The notes under the pieces were generated by a model. It saw nothing but the letters and a program-made list of their open reading frames with translations. It had not been told where the DNA came from and did no database searches. A DNA stretch of 64,000 nucleotides, from NCBI GenBank assembly GCA_049852185.1, contig CP187540.1, one strand, 5' to 3'. Made by a program: the position numbers and the translations under genes. Of this stretch, positions 62,794 to 64,000 are shown in pieces. This stretch comes from Methanocaldococcus sp. 28A (GTDB lineage: Archaea > AGJL01 > Methanococci > Methanococcales > Methanocaldococcaceae). Numbering within the stretch: position 1 is the stretch's first letter; each line of letters begins with the position of its first letter.

Positions 62794-64000
62794 ATGTTAA
62801 ATGAACCAGTAAAGGAAATAATGACAAAAGATGTAGTTACAGTAACACCAGATACCCCTGTTTCAAAGGCTATTGGTATAATGGAAGAGAACGGATTTCA
62901 TCATTTAATAGTTGTTGATAATAAAGATGGTAAAGAAGAATATTACTTAATAAGCATGAGAGATTTGTTGCTGGCATCATCAGTCCATGAGGAAGTAGGT
63001 TCATTAATGTATAAAGCACACTGTATACATGAAGAAACACCAGTCTTAGATGCAGTTTGCGAGATGTTAGATAGTGGGCAGAGAGCAGCTCCAATTGTTG
63101 ATGATAAAGGTAAATTAGTAGGAATTATTACTGACTATGACATAATGGCAAGAGCTGCGAAATCAAAGATAATGAAGGATACAAAAGTTACAAAGATAAT
63201 GACAAGGAATGTTATAACAATAAGAGAAGATGATTCTATTGGTAAGGCAAGAGCTTTAATGAGAGATAACAACATTGGTAGATTAGTTGTTGTAGATGAT
63301 GAAGGAAAGCCAATTGGAATGGTTACTGAAGTTGATATTATAAAGAAAATCCTTAAACCAAAGAAAAAAATGACTGTTGGTGAATTTAAAGGAGAAAAAG
63401 TTCCAAGAATGGGACAGCCAGTTAAATTAATTATGAACACTCCCCTAATTACAGTTGATGTTGATGCGAGTGCTGCAGATGCTGCAAGAGTTATGCAGGA
63501 ATATGACATTAGAGGGGTTCCAGTTGTTAAAGGTAAATCATTAAGGGGAATTGTTACAAGATTAGATATTATAAAATACATTGCTGACTTAAAGAAAGGA
63601 GCAATGATTGAAATTGAATTACATGGAATGCTTGACCCTGAATTTAAAGACCTTGCTGAGAGAATTATTGCAACAGAAGTTAAAAAGATGGTTAAACACG
63701 CTGGAAAAATCCATTGGATAAAGATAAACATCAAAAAAGATAGAGATAAGGGTGGAGTCCCATACTATACAATAACTACCTACGTTAAAACACCAAACAA
63801 ATTATATGTGGGAGAAGGTAGACCTAAAGCTTCATTACCAAACAAATTAAAGGCAGAAGGTGAAGATATAGAATACACTTCAGAACATGAAAGATGGGAA
63901 TTCATTGACATATTAAAAGAATCATTAGAATCAGTATTAAAACAGTTAGAAGCTGATTTTGAAAAACACCACCCAAAATATGCTGGTAGAGTAATTAAAG
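62794..64000 (+). CDS. Four-CBS-domain protein with C-terminal HPF/RaiA-like domain (3'-truncated; not in ORF track)
   Basis: GGTGA RBS; MLNEPVKEIMTKDVVTVTPDTPVSKA with four CBS repeats; frame stays open to the window end. Confidence 0.88.
   Translation, partial: MLNEPVKEIMTKDVVTVTPDTPVSKAIGIMEENGFHHLIVVDNKDGKEEYYLISMRDLLLASSVHEEVGSLMYKAHCIHEETPVLDAVCEMLDSGQRAAPIVDDKGKLVGIITDYDIMARAAKSKIMKDTKVTKIMTRNVITIREDDSIGKARALMRDNNIGRLVVVDDEGKPIGMVTEVDIIKKILKPKKKMTVGEFKGEKVPRMGQPVKLIMNTPLITVDVDASAADAARVMQEYDIRGVPVVKGKSLRGIVTRLDIIKYIADLKKGAMIEIELHGMLDPEFKDLAERIIATEVKKMVKHAGKIHWIKINIKKDRDKGGVPYYTITTYVKTPNKLYVGEGRPKASLPNKLKAEGEDIEYTSEHERWEFIDILKESLESVLKQLEADFEKHHPKYAGRVIK

Noticed and set aside
4736-63734. 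Many short antisense ORFs inside glnA, the glutamate synthase genes, pgk, tyrA, ppaC, the hydro-lyase and the CBS gene
   Set aside because: They lie opposite well-supported genes, have atypical Ser/Phe/Ile-rich composition and show no recognisable motifs.

Overview
AT-rich archaeal chromosome segment from a Methanocaldococcus-like hyperthermophilic methanogen, judged from its gene content (sepS, SepSecS, mfnA, mfnE, methanogenesis marker 2, MJ1647-type histone) and GGTGA ribosome-binding sites. Most of the window is housekeeping: radB, rpl39e, rps19e, tRNA-Cys, glnA with an NrpR operator, a four-gene glutamate synthase cluster, EF-1beta, pgk, hemB, hemL, tyrA, ppaC, purQ, queC and queE. Accessory parts are a glycosylation island (about 49.7-57 kb), a cas-less 37-bp-repeat CRISPR array (9 repeats, 8 spacers), a frameshifted TnpB, relics of IS5/IS4-, IS1182-, IS481- and IS6-like elements, and at least three families of small repeats or MITEs. 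The most notable observations: (1) CRISPR spacer 2 is an inverted handle-spacer-repeat unit that begins exactly with the 8-nt crRNA handle; (2) a 332-bp protein-free IS200/IS605 derivative appears to express a stand-alone omega-RNA from its own promoter; (3) a two-hairpin H/ACA RNA has guide pockets that fit 23S rRNA U2504 and U2554; (4) small hairpin cassettes are flanked by about 45-bp duplications of gene 3' ends; (5) TA-targeting MITEs are inserted in stop codons. All calls come from reading the sequence and from recall of the families; no database search was run.
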